64,000 nucleotides of DNA from Obrimoposthia wandeli (GCA_977020255.1 CDROCS010002089.1:434001-498000); one strand, 5' to 3'; positions 52,868-64,000 are shown, counted from the first letter of the stretch. Program-made: numbers and translations. The notes: a model not told the origin generated them from the letters alone.

Positions 52868-53559
52868 TGTTTCGTAATCATTAACCCATTTTGGGGAGTT
52901 GACAATAGAAAACATATAATAGGCTAAAACTTTATTTTTACACCTAACATTGATACACATAATTCGATAACATTTTGAATTTTCCCTCTCAACTTTTTAA
53001 ACTTTTAAAAATCCTTCTTCATAACAACAATCCATAACTTTCAAACTTTTAATTTTCATAAACTTTGTCATAACAACTTTTTGAATCACCAAGGTTATCT
53101 TTTCCTTTTAACAAATTACTCCTCTCACCTTCACCACTATTTACATTGCACTACCCATCATCATCATCGTAAATTATTACTATATTCGTTAAGTCGATTT
53201 CTCATAAATCCGTCTCTGTTCTTAGCAACAAGCGACGTCTGATATATTTATCCAAATATCTTCCAAATCAGGTTTCCTCCAAAATGTTATGTTGAGTAAT
53301 CAAAAATTTGTTTCTGTTTTCAAAATATCCAAATCAAATTGGAAAATTATCTTCTAAAAATTTTATAAGTAGAATAAGAATTGTAGCAGTAAAATTTGCC
53401 GTAGATTTCAGAAATCACTGCAATTGTTAAATGGGAAAAGTTTTCTCACCCGGTATTTTATCCATAGAAAACACTCCTTTGAATTTAAGTTCCAATAATT
53501 CAATTCCCACAGTATTAACCTGTTTAGAACTACATTTATTATGATCAATAAATACTAAA

Positions 53560-53940
53560 CACTTACTTCATCCTACAATTGCACGTTTTCCTTTAGTTAC
53601 TTGAATTTCAATATCGAAAACACCCTCAATTATAATTTTTGATGGATGTTCTAATCCCTTGTCTCGGTAATTGATGTTGATTTAGATCAAAGTCAAAGGC
53701 CACAAATATAAAAAATGGATAACGTTCCTTAAAATCTTCATATGTTATACCTATGTTTATATTCTTATCCAATAATCCAATGTTTCTAACCAGTGATTGA
53801 ATATACGCAAACATGTATTCATCTTGTTCAAAATTTGTAGTATAGGTTTCAACAAAATCAGTGTTTCTACTAAGAGAAATTGAACCGACATTACAATGAT
53901 CAAATTCTGAAGTGTTTGTTTGTTAGCAATGCGTTTTGAT
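53560..53940 (-). pseudogene. Polinton major capsid protein, C-terminal part (opposite strand), followed by a protease N-terminal remnant at about 53400-53540
   Basis: FDHCNVGSISLS, YMFAYIQSL...ITYEDFKERYPFFIFVAFD; downstream FKGVFSMDKIP (adenain-like). Confidence 0.55.
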
Positions 53941-53949
53941 GATTTTAAT

Positions 53950-54265
53950 TCTATATTTTAAAATTTCTTTACAATAAATTTAACAGGGTTCTGCTTATCA
54001 TTATGAATTTCCTCATCTTTAAATTCAACATTTAATGAGACAGTATCGGTTTTCTTAGCACTATCCGTTTCCTTATAATTCATTTTATCATCCTTGTGTA
54101 AAACAACGGATGTATTACTATAAGTAAATTCTGTCAATGCACTTCCCATTCACCTTGAAGTTCTATTGGATTTTCCCAATCAACAATAAATTTCGATGCT
54201 GTATTATTAGATTGAGTGTTTGGACAACTACTAGATGGTAATACAATATATAAAATTTTTACTCT
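53950..54265 (-). pseudogene. Polinton minor capsid (penton) N-terminal remnant
   Basis: FYIVLPSSSCPNTQSNNTASKFIVDWENPIELQGEWEV/ALTEFTY. Confidence 0.75.
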
Positions 54266-54429
54266 ATCTGGTTCGCTTTTATCCATGTTGGTGTTTTATA
54301 TCCATGCAACTTTACATAATATTGTTTATTCTTACCTCAATCTTTAGATTTAATGATTTCTTGTATCCTATATAATTTTGGTTTATCAATAACTTGTAAT
54401 TCTTGTTCATAAAACTCTTCTTTTATTGG

Positions 54430-55268
54430 ACTTTTATCATCATCTATGATCTTATACATTACGGGTTTAAACGTAAGTTGATTTTTGATATTTCAAATAC
54501 TTCATCACTCCAATTATTTTTGAAATTTTTAATGAAAGGTGTTGTACTTAAACGTGATATGCAAACAAAATCTCCAACTTTGTATTTGGATTTCTTTATT
54601 AATGATTTTTTATTATGAGAAAACCAACCATCAAATGAAATATCAATAGGTTTCTTACCACTTAAACCGCGATATGGGGAGTGATTATATGAAATTAACA
54701 GTTTAGGTAGTACCTTTACCCATTTCTTTGATCCAATTACAACAAAATGTTTCTTTAATTTATCTCTTAATGTTCTATTAAATCGGTCAACCAAGGCCGC
54801 TTTAAAGTGTGAAAATACAGAGTAATGATTTACTCCTTATTTATCAAAAGTTGCTTTAACATGTTGGTTATAAAACTCTTTTCCAGCATCTGTTTGTACA
54901 TTATCGGGAACAACATCAATAATATTTTTTATAGCAGCTTTTATATCTTTACTGGATTTTGATTTTACTGGTTCAGCACGCCCAAATCTGGAAAATACAT
55001 CAATATATGTTAATATATATTTGTAACCGCTATTTATACGCTCATAAGATATTATTTCCATTAAATCCATTTTCCATAAATTATTAGGGTCACTAGTCTT
55101 GTAGAATCGTATCGGGAATCTTTTTCGCATCCGTTTGTTGAGGCTGTACGCCAGTTGATTGGTCAGCCATGCTTGAGTTTTCTTTTGGCTCGACTGGGTG
55201 TTTGATGATAGAGTTCCAACGCCGCTGTATTGAACTGGGTCTTCGGGATCGTACCATATCGTTTCCAT
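54430..55268 (-). pseudogene. Polinton RVE integrase
   Basis: WKMDLM, YKYILTYIDVFSRF, VQTDAGKEFYN, VDRFNRTL, YKVGDFVCIS. One frameshift near 54800-54837. Confidence 0.9.
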
Positions 55269-55320
55269 TACAACAATTTATTTTTACATCAAAACTAGGT
55301 AAGTAGTTTCCCATATACAT

Positions 55321-55641
55321 TAGGCAATAGCTCTAGCAAGTAGGGGACCCAATAAAGTTGCAACTATCGGTAAAAGTGCACCAATAAATCCTTCTTTTTG
55401 ACGTAATACTATTTTCCTTCGACTAGAACCACCTTTTTTATTAACAATATCGAGTAATACTTTCTTGTGTTTTGTAACTTTCTACTTATGTTTACCGAGA
55501 TTGACTTTTCCCTTAACTATATTAAACAGAATTTCAACCAATTTATCGATAACAAAAGGTGGAAATAAATTGAGAATTCGAGCTATATGTGAACAATGTG
55601 TCTTTAAAAGTGTTTGAATGTAAGGTAACACGTGTTTCATT
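55321..55641 (-). pseudogene. Small Polinton ORF ending in an amphipathic helix (QKEGFIGALLPIVATLLGPLL)
   Basis: QxGGF-like motif typical of adintovirus-like small ORFs; one internal stop. Confidence 0.5.
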
Positions 55642-55989
55642 ATTATTTTAACTGAAAGTACATATATTGTTTATAGTTTTATTGAGAAAATGGATTAAAA
55701 CCTTCTTTTTGTTTTCCCTTTTTATCAATTACAAACCAATTCTTTGTCTTTTTAACTACCTTCTTAGTAAGTTTTTTCTTTTTAACACGTTTCTTTTTAG
55801 TAGTCGGGTTTGTCTACTTTTAAAAAATGCGATCAGCATTTTACCTTCCTTTCAAAACTATTTTTATCAATTTCTTTACTCGATTAGCTTTGATATCATC
55901 ACCAGGTTTCCAATTTGTATCAACATAATTAGGTATTTATCTATTTTTACGAAATTCATCTTTAAAGAAATATTATCTTTGTTTTTGTT

Positions 55990-56590
55990 TATACACCATA
56001 CATTTGTTGAAAATATCTGTTCTTATTCTCAATTCATCAGGACATGATTGAGTAAAATCAAGAAACAAGTAACCATGAGGATTTTTAGTTGCATTTTGAA
56101 ATGAATTTAGCAAATATTGCCTGTTATTAGGAAATACTTGACGTGAAATATAGTCAATAACGAGGATTCTTAAACAAAACCAAGTAATGTACGTTTAAAT
56201 TACGTGTTCTATGTTTACCGCCTTGATGAAATAGTTTTTAGTAATGAAAATTACGGTAACACAGTTGTGTTTTGATATTTTAGTGAATAAATTATTAAAG
56301 TTTGACTCTTTATTTGCTTCATCATAGAAGTCATCAATTACTATAACATATTCACGTTTTAACCGTTTTAACCAGTTTTGATCGAAACCATTGATAAATT
56401 TTATGTTTTTAAGTTTACACAATTCACGTTTAGTTAACCCGGATTCGCAAACATCACCATAATGCCAATAAATCTTATTAAATCGATTATTAAACATTTT
56501 ATTGTTTTGTAATAATTTAGTTACAAAATGTGTTTTTCCACTACCACTGGGTACCGATGTCTGATATACCGCATCATTTTTAAATTTTAT
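55990..56590 (-). pseudogene. Polinton A32-like packaging ATPase
   Basis: Walker A PSGSGKTHFV, Walker B VIVIDD, VTVIFIT, HYLVLFKNPR, GYLFLDF...LRIRTDIF. Confidence 0.88.
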
Positions 56591-57000
56591 AATAATAATA
56601 AGAAGAAGAATAAAAATATTGTTTATAAGCATTTTATTAATATATACACAAAAAATGAATTAAAAATTGATACAGAAAACGTTATTTACATCATGTTTAA
56701 ACGATTAATCTGAATGAAATTTTCAAAATCTTTTTTCCATTTGATATCTCAATAGACTGGGGTGCGAACAATTTCCTTTATATTATCATGAGAAAGTCCA
56801 TTAAAATTATAAAAGTACTGAACTCTATTTATTGTTCCGTTTTAAATTTCATCAACAACATCAACAACTAATTTATCGTGTTTAATCATTTTTAATCATT
56901 TTTGTATAAATCATCAAATTTCAATTGTTTATACTATGAAATTATATATTTCTTACTCTCCTTTCAATTATATATTTCTTACTCTCCTTTCAATTATATA

Positions 57001-57846
57001 TCAACATACTGAACATAAATGTAACCTTTTGGAACATGAAATACATGTATTTACATGTCCGCATGGTAGAAATACTACTTCAATATAATTATTTAAACAT
57101 ACTACACATTCAGGTTCTTTTAACATGTAGGAAAGTATATTTATATATTGTTTTTTAAAGTTTTATTTCTAAATAAGATAAATCACAAATCATTTCAAAT
57201 AGTGATTCCCCAAATTTTATTTTATCTTTTGGAATTTTTTTTTCAAGTATCTGATTTGGTTTGTATCCATCAACATATCAATTATTTCTGTAGTTATAGG
57301 ATATTCAATTATACAATCAATTTCAATTTTCTTAATAACATTAGCATCATTTTAGGGTCTTAAACCTTTTGAATAACATATATCAGGTAATTTTACAACA
57401 ATATCTGATACATTTACTTTTCCAATCAATGTTGATGTATCAAAATCAATTTTGTTATTACTAGTTTCAATTATTGATACATTTGAAGCATTTAACTTTA
57501 AAAGAACTGGACATGTAGGGAAAAATTTCATATGTTGCTTCTTTGGTTTAAGATACCATTCCCATTCGGATATTGCACCTTGACAGTATATACATTTTAC
57601 TTAATCGGTTGAATCATCATCATGTTTATAAAATCCGGCTTTAGCTAAATCATATGCAGATTGTTTCCCTTTAAAATTTATAAATAACGATTTCAATCTT
57701 TCACTTTAACGTCTATATTTCATATGTAAAACTTTCATTTTAGAATAATCTAGCTTTCGTCTAACTAAAACATCATTAACAGTTTTATAATGAAGTATAT
57801 AATCAACAATAACTTTTTTTAAATCAAAAAACATGTATTTGTTCAT
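57001..57846 (-). pseudogene. IAP-like cargo gene (one BIR plus C-terminal RING), several in-frame stops
   Basis: BIR: ERLKSL...LAKAGFY...D*VKCIYCQGAISEW...QHMKFFPTCP. RING: CVVCLNNYIEVVFLPCGHVNTCISCSKRLHLCSVC. Confidence 0.88.
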
Positions 57847-57879
57847 AAGAATCTTTCCAGAAAAATACAATAGACTCGA

Positions 57880-58300
57880 CTTAACAATGATAATCAAAAT
57901 CTTTAATACCATGAATAATCACTTTTCCACTAGCAAACACATTAACACATAGAGGATAAAACTTTACAATTCTGAGTGCTGGAAACAACTCTGGTTCAAA
58001 CATATAATTTTTTTACCATTTTCATAGATATCTTATAAAATTAACCTTCTTGTTGATATTCATTAGGATACTTAGAGATTGAATACGTTCAATTTCTATT
58101 TTTTGAGCATGTTTGATTGGTTTGTTTGCAACCCATAATTCTGCATGAGCCTAAATAGTAGTAGTAAAAATAATAATAACTAATGGAAATATAACTATAG
58201 TATAATCCTTTAACTTTTCAACATATTGTATAGGTTTCTTTGATTAAAAAGGTAACACTTCCTTAAATTTATCTTTATAATTTATATTGATTATTTTCAT
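57880..58300 (-). pseudogene. TATA-binding-protein-like cargo gene
   Basis: YMFEPELFPALRIVKFYPLCVNVFASGKVIIHG resembles TBP YEPELFPGL.YR...LIF.SGKVV.TG; first-repeat remnant CRIMGCK upstream. Confidence 0.75.
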
Positions 58301-58349
58301 TGTATGATAATAATTGATGATGTCACAAACATATATAGTTTCATATTAT

Positions 58350-58377
58350 CCAATCAGATTCAACCAATCAGATTCAA
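58350..58377. promoter_or_regulatory. Tandem CCAAT boxes between divergent Polinton genes
   Basis: ccaatcagattcaa repeated twice exactly, between the TBP-like start (about 58300, minus) and a plus-strand ORF remnant (about 58428). Confidence 0.45.
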
Positions 58378-59011
58378 GTAGTCAACTATAACTACCAAAA
58401 AATTTCAGTTTACTCTCATTCATCATGCTCAATTTACAAAAAACGATTTTGAAGAGCAAGAAGAAAACGAAGAATGAAATTTTAAAAACAACCAAAGTTA
58501 ACCCAATTCCGATAGATTCTGATGATACAGAATTAGAAGATATTTTCAAAGGAGAAAAAGAAGACATATTAAAGAATCTGTACCTTATTTCAGCTATACA
58601 ATGAATTTCTTCAAGATGCCTGTTACCTTGGGATTTAAATACCCTGTTATGCTAACAAAGTCCAAGTTTGATTATGTCATCTCGAGGATCCATCAAACGG
58701 ACATTAATAATATCAATGCTATTTTCAAAAGAATGAAATCGGATATCAAAATTGAAAACTTTAGTGCTTTTATTAAAGCTGATTAACATATATTCAAAAA
58801 AATATATAATTACTCTGAAGAAGAATTTCCTAAAAGCAAATATTGGATTTTATTTGTTCAAATTCAAGGATTCGAAGTCGATAGACTCGGGAGACAAAAG
58901 CCTATTTGGAGAATTACTGAAAGACATAAGAAAGTTTAATATATATATTGATTTTAGTGTGTTTTTGTCTTTTTACTATAAACAAACGTAATCTAAATAT
59001 ATATTCTTTGT

Positions 59012-59140
59012 CAAAGGTGCTGTCCAGTCTTCGGATGAAGGGCTCCCTTCTTAGGAGGCTCCACAAGGGAGACTTTGGTCACTTAAAATAATTTATTAAA
59101 ATAATTGTGTTTTAAACGGTAAGAAATAGCACGATATTTG
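59012..59140 (+). repeat. Conserved Polinton subterminal motif, copy 2
   Basis: Homologous to 35036-35160. Confidence 0.7.
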
Positions 59141-59144
59141 AAAT

Positions 59145-59358
59145 TGTCTTGAAATCATGCATACTACGTCAAAAATGGTTTTGCAGTAAAGGTTAACCCC
59201 CAGGGAGGACCTATTGCCTTGAGTTTGTATGCGTGATTTTGAGACTAAATTTTGGTCGTCTGGAAATCACGCATAATACCTCAAATAGATTTTGCAGTAA
59301 AGGGTATTGCCCCAAGGGTGACCTATTGCCTTGAGTTAGTATGCGCGATTTCGAGACT
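59145..59358. repeat. Two tandem units of about 112 bp, each closed by an inverted repeat
   Basis: gaaatcatgcatac...gtatgcgtgatttt at 59151 and gaaatcacgcata...tatgcgcgatttc at 59263. Confidence 0.8.
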
Positions 59359-59432
59359 TGATGAGTAATTTTAAGCTACTTTAACGTCATTTTGACTAAA
59401 AAATGACTATATATAGACATTTAGGCACTAAA

Positions 59433-59514
59433 GTGTTGGTACTAACTCTTCAACTCACTCCAACAGCCCCCGGGAGTGAGCTGTTGGAGTGAGTTGATGA
59501 GTTAGTACCGACAC
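59433..59514. repeat. 35-bp-stem subterminal hairpin
   Basis: 59433-59467 is the reverse complement of 59480-59514 with 2 mismatches; 12-nt loop. Confidence 0.92.
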
Positions 59515-60199
59515 TATATACTACTAACAATCAACTGGGAATAATACCAGCTGCGTCAAAAAATAAATATCGAGGATTGTATTGAGGTAAGTACCACTTG
59601 AATGTTTCCTTTTAAAGAATCAATTGTTGCTGGTTGTAGAATCGTCAAGCGTGAGAAGAATTCCAGCCGACGCCGTAAATCCAAAATTATATCGAGGTAA
59701 TAACCACTTAGTTAAGTGGAGTCTATTTAGTGTCTACTTTCTAGGAGATTTACATAAGAAGTAAAAGTGATGAATTATCTATTGTCGAGAAAATAGCATA
59801 AAAGGAAAATTATACAAGAAGAAATTGCCTGACTCCTTCTAGGAAATTTATAGAAGAAGAAAAAGCGGTGAATTATCTAGTGTCGAGAAAATAGTATAAA
59901 AGGAAAATTAAAGAAGAAAATTTGCCTGATTTTGAACTCCGAAATATCTGGACAAGTAAACATCCAGCTAATAAGATAAGCGAAGGGCGCAAACCAGAAC
60001 TACCAAATAATCCAAAAACTTTCGCAGAATACTCATCGCAACAGAAGGCAATCGGATCGGCCAAAATTGAGGAGGAGTCGTGACAAGGAGATCTAGACGC
60101 AGGAATCTCGACGTAAGATAAATCAGGACTATGTGGACCTACCGGAAGGTTGATCGTTCTGTTAGAGAGAGGTGAGAGGTTGTGATAAGAAGAAGGGAT

Positions 60200-60465
60200 A
60201 TTTGAATTTGTGGTTCACACAAGTGAATTATAGTTTTGATCCTTTTAAAGAGATTGTTGAGTTGTTATTCGCACAAGTGAATTGTAATTTGAATTGTAGT
60301 TTTGATCGTTTTTTGGAAGTCATTGAATTGTTATTCACACAAGTGAATTGTAGTTTTGAACGTTTTTAAGGGATCGTTGAATTTGTTCTTCACACAAGTG
60401 AATTGTAATTTTGAATTGTACCTTTGATCGTTTTAAGGGATAGCTGAGTTTGTTATTCACACCAG
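60200..60465. repeat. Minisatellite with alternating 54/66/55/67-bp units, possibly inside an LTR
   Basis: Core ttcacacaagtgaatt at 60214, 60268, 60334, 60389 and (partial) 60456; the intervening sequence is homologous between units. Confidence 0.85.
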
Positions 60466-61429
60466 AAAAACTACATTGGAAAAGTAAGGTTGTTTTGATA
60501 AACAAACGTAGCTTGATAACTCAATTTAAGTAAAAAGATAGACTAAAGTCAATTCGAAAACTAGAACCTAAGATACGTAGAAAGGTGAACCTCTAAATTA
60601 CTCAGCCGAATTAAAATCAATACGTTAGCATAAGGTCATCGTTGTTTAAGAGTGTTGAATCGAATATTAGAAGACGACCTACTTGTCTGCCTGATAGCAA
60701 CCTTTTTATCTAGTGTGAAATAATATAGTGTTTCCTTCAAACCGAGTGGAATTATTCAGTTAACCCGTATAGAATAGGAAAACACGAAATCCTTTTCACA
60801 CCACACTTCATTAGCGAGAACTCTTCTAGTTATCGTTGCATACATAACTGTGTATACTTCTTGCAATACAATAGCACAAACCTTCAGACTTAAACTAAGT
60901 TAAGCAAAACAAAACCTAAATAGGCCACCTCCATATGTGAGCCCTATTGCTACAGAACTCACGTTGGGGCCGTGATGGACAACCATAGTTGACCTTAATT
61001 ATACCTTCAAATCTTCAAATCAAAACTGAGTCTGACCCTTTGATTTATGGACGACCATACTTTTATGGATGAATTTGCCTTCTAAAGATGATTCAAACCA
61101 TGTACTAAAACCTTGATATTTGAAACTTGATTTTGTCTTTAGCCTGAACCTTTGATTTATGGACGACCATGGTCCTTTAGATGTGAAAATCGCAAATAGA
61201 GTTTGTTTATGATTAGTAATAATTTTATAATATTGTTATGTTTGTGATTTATAAATTTATTTCAATATAAAATTTCGTTCAAAATAAAAATGACAATTTC
61301 CTTTGTAGGGAGATGCAATAAAACCAAAATTATCTTTTCAATCGTACTTTAAAATTGTACAATTTGGATTAAACATAATTTAATGGCTAACCAACAGTAG
61401 GACTGCTGTTTTCATAAGAAGAAACACAG

Positions 61430-62150
61430 TGTAGGGGTAGACTGGATAAAAGTGTTGCGAAAAGGGTATCAACCAAAACTGTACAGATCACAGACACACA
61501 CAAAAACAGGGATATTTATTTGTTCCTAGGTGCTGAAACATCAGTGTAATGGAGAGGGGCCAAATGTGCGATTGGATAAGGATATATTGGCAAAGTGAAA
61601 GCATAACAACCAGATAGAGCGAGTGATCGACGAGAAGAGAGGCATAACTGGAGTCACTGGATGAAGTCACTAGGGAAAAACATACAGAAAGAAGAATACT
61701 GGATCGACCGTGATAAGGAACGGTTGGGAATCCGTGGGAGAAGGGGAGAACACAACTTCTGACCAGTATCTATAATGGCTGCTATCAGGACATAGGCGCC
61801 GTTTAAAGAGGACGATTGAAAATACCTGGTACATTACGTTCTAGGTCGTCCTGGGCCATCCTCAATCGGGGTAACTCATTCCACCAACACTTGTGTAGAT
61901 TGCAGATTGAACTGACCGACAGTGTGCCATTTGATCTTTGATACACTATCGAATCTTCTTTTTCTTTTATTTTGTTTACAGCTTTATCTCTGACTTCGCG
62001 GACATTCACACATTGCAAAGTCAGAAATAGAAACATACGCCGACCACCTGGAGAGCCCGGCTGGGCAAAATTGTCAACAAGGTTGATAGTAATGGTCTGA
62101 TTTAACCGCAAACGTTGTGATTACTTCAATATCTTAAATAAATGTTTATT
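61430..62150 (+). mobile_element. Hairpin-hammerhead element, plus-strand copy
   Basis: Purine-rich body, imperfect hairpin 61984-62031, hammerhead fold 62042-62097, AATAAA at about 62138. Confidence 0.55.
62042..62097 (+). ncRNA. Degenerate hammerhead ribozyme
   Basis: GACCAC-CTGGAGA-GCCC ggct GGGC-AAA-ATTGTCAAC aag GTTGATAGT-A-ATGGTC: stems pair, but the core has A6G and G12A changes. Confidence 0.6.
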
Positions 62151-62519
62151 ATTACTTGTTAAACCCAACAATATTTAGACACAATAATCTAATAAATAAA
62201 TTGAAAAATAATTATAAGAGAATATCATTGGAAACTGTCAGACATTTATTTTCTAGTTGAAGGTTCCTAATCTGATGGACTCCGCCGAACATGTTTTCTT
62301 TCAGTTCACCGTCTGTTATGGATCTCTACTTTGGAGTTACACTCCTTCGCCACAGTAGAATATAATTGGCGACTAAGGATGTAAATCGCCTCATTTATGG
62401 CTCTTCTTCACATTCTGCTTGATCTTCGTCATTAAATCTTTCATTGTGTTGAAAATCAATTTTCAGTGATATATCCCAAATTAATATTTAATTAACCGGA
62501 AATATTTACAATCTAAAAA

Positions 62520-63420
62520 TTAAATTCAACTTCCGACAGTGAAAACTCATTTTGCCCTGATATGGGCTCTTCGGGGAGATGGTTTATCTCTGACTTCGCG
62601 GTGGGAAAGTGCCCGCGAAGTCAGAGATAAGAAATTATGCAAGATAGGAAGTAATCAAATGTCTCGTCCTCTATTATGTTGGCAGCTTTTCACACTGCTC
62701 CTATCTGCAATGTCATGGTGCTCTCTGCCAATCGCCACGACCGCAGGTTTTCATTGTTTCAAGAACATCAGCCTTTGTCGGTCTGCTTTTGCGCTGCAAC
62801 AACTACAGTCAGTCTTATCCATATTCCCTCTCTAATCTATCCAACATAGTTTCAGCGCTGCTCCCTCTGTCTACCTATCTCCACAGCACAGTTATCTACA
62901 GTTGTGTATTCTACTCTCCCTTGCGCATTAACCACATTGCTGCCTAGATGGAGCGACGACCAAATCTTCCTCTCGATATCTGGCCTTTTTCTCTCTCTCC
63001 TGTCGACACAGATTGTAGTCGTCAGCAGCAACAGCGTAGGCCGACAACCTCTGAGGCTACCATTGCTCTCCCTGACGTCTACATCGCATACTCTTCATAT
63101 TCTTTTTCTCTTTCTCAGCAGCAACGACGGCTCAGCAGGTTTCTATCTGCAGCTACAAACATGTGCCCTTTCGGTTGATGCATTTCTCTTCCTGCTGCTG
63201 CTTATCTCCTTATCTGTCTCAGTCCCACCTTTATGGAGCCAGTCAAGACGCTGCCCAATGCCAATTACATCACCTGTACTGTCGAAGATAGTCCTCTTCA
63301 TATAGTACAGTAGATATGCTACCGCCACCCACCAGATTGTTGTCTCATTATCTCCTGATTTAGTTTCCCTAATGTGTTCCATCTTAGTTTGCTCTCACTT
63401 TGTCTCACAAACATGCATTA
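62520..63420 (-). mobile_element. Hairpin-hammerhead element, minus-strand copy
   Basis: Perfect 18-bp hairpin 62584-62630 immediately upstream of the hammerhead-like fold at 62529-62580. Confidence 0.55.
62529..62580 (-). ncRNA. Degenerate hammerhead ribozyme
   Basis: ATCTCC-CCGAAGA-GCCC atatca GGGC-AAA-ATGAGTTTTCACTGT-C-GGAAGT; core U4C and G12A, stem III partly broken. Confidence 0.5.
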
Positions 63421-64000
63421 TGCTGGCTACATCCATATAAAAATATTGGCATGGAAAATTAAACACAGAAAAAATACTTATGATTAAAAATTGTACTGAC
63501 TTCAAATTTGAAAACGCAAATTGTTTGAAAAAATTATATATATTGTTTTCTCACAACACAATCAGGTAACACATGAACAGAACTACCATTTGTCACCAAT
63601 TTTGTGAAACAGATTTGATTAATTTCGTCAATATATTTTTTTAATTTATCGTCTCTTTGCCATCATTCAAAACAATTAAAGAATTGATTATTTCTATTCA
63701 TATTATTTGAGTATATATATTTGTTTTGAGTTTATTATTATTTGAAAATAAATAAAGCTGGTAAAACCAACAATAATTCAGTTATGCGTTTTAAATTCAT
63801 TTCATGAAGTTTCAGTAAAACTGCTGTGTAGTCTCTTTCATCCATTGTCAAATATTTCCTTGTGGAAATCATTATTATTATATTTGGGAATATATGTATC
63901 TAAACCAAAATAACGCCCAAAGAATTAATCTCATAGTGTTCAATGAATAATGAACACTGTTCATCTTACAGAGCTTAATTCTGAAGTTATAGAAATATAA

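Larger units (their letters stand above)
52300..59525. mobile_element. Polinton/Maverick (adintovirus-like) element, decayed, left part missing
   Basis: MCP, protease, minor capsid, RVE integrase and A32-like ATPase remnants; ends in ACTACT (59520-59525), the Polinton terminal signature. Confidence 0.88.

Noticed and set aside
60200-60465. CRISPR-like appearance (conserved 16-19-bp core with variable gaps) and ORF 60172-60369
   Set aside because: The gaps are homologous to each other, the context is eukaryotic and there are no cas genes. Later units (55 and 67 bp) break the frame.

Overview
Very AT-rich eukaryotic (metazoan) genomic DNA with GT-AG introns, in which host exons stand out as GC-rich islands. 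Two host genes lie on the minus strand. One is a protocadherin-like gene (6 phase-compatible exons from 20427 down to about 400, signal peptide plus about 7 cadherin repeats, no transmembrane segment visible in the window). The other is GHITM/TMBIM5 (4 exons, 38904 to 30694; first exon uncertain). The rest is mostly decayed mobile elements: mariner, pogo-type end, Chapaev-like, piggyBac, Tc1/IS630-like, Sola-like and hAT DNA transposons, three Ty3/Gypsy elements, one BEL/Pao element, two Polinton/Maverick (adintovirus-like) remnants, and a dispersed family of non-coding elements ending in a hairpin plus hammerhead ribozyme. Most notable: (1) a BEL/Pao retrotransposon whose Gag starts with an in-frame ubiquitin domain (K63R, G76E), preceded by a 57-bp leader hairpin with an alternative pairing partner; (2) an intact-looking type I hammerhead ribozyme with covarying relatives elsewhere in the window; (3) a Polinton carrying TBP-like and BIR+RING IAP cargo genes and a hairpin-rich right terminus. 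All family assignments are by-eye motif recognition with no database search; element boundaries are approximate unless termini are quoted. There is an assembly gap at 29790-29980.
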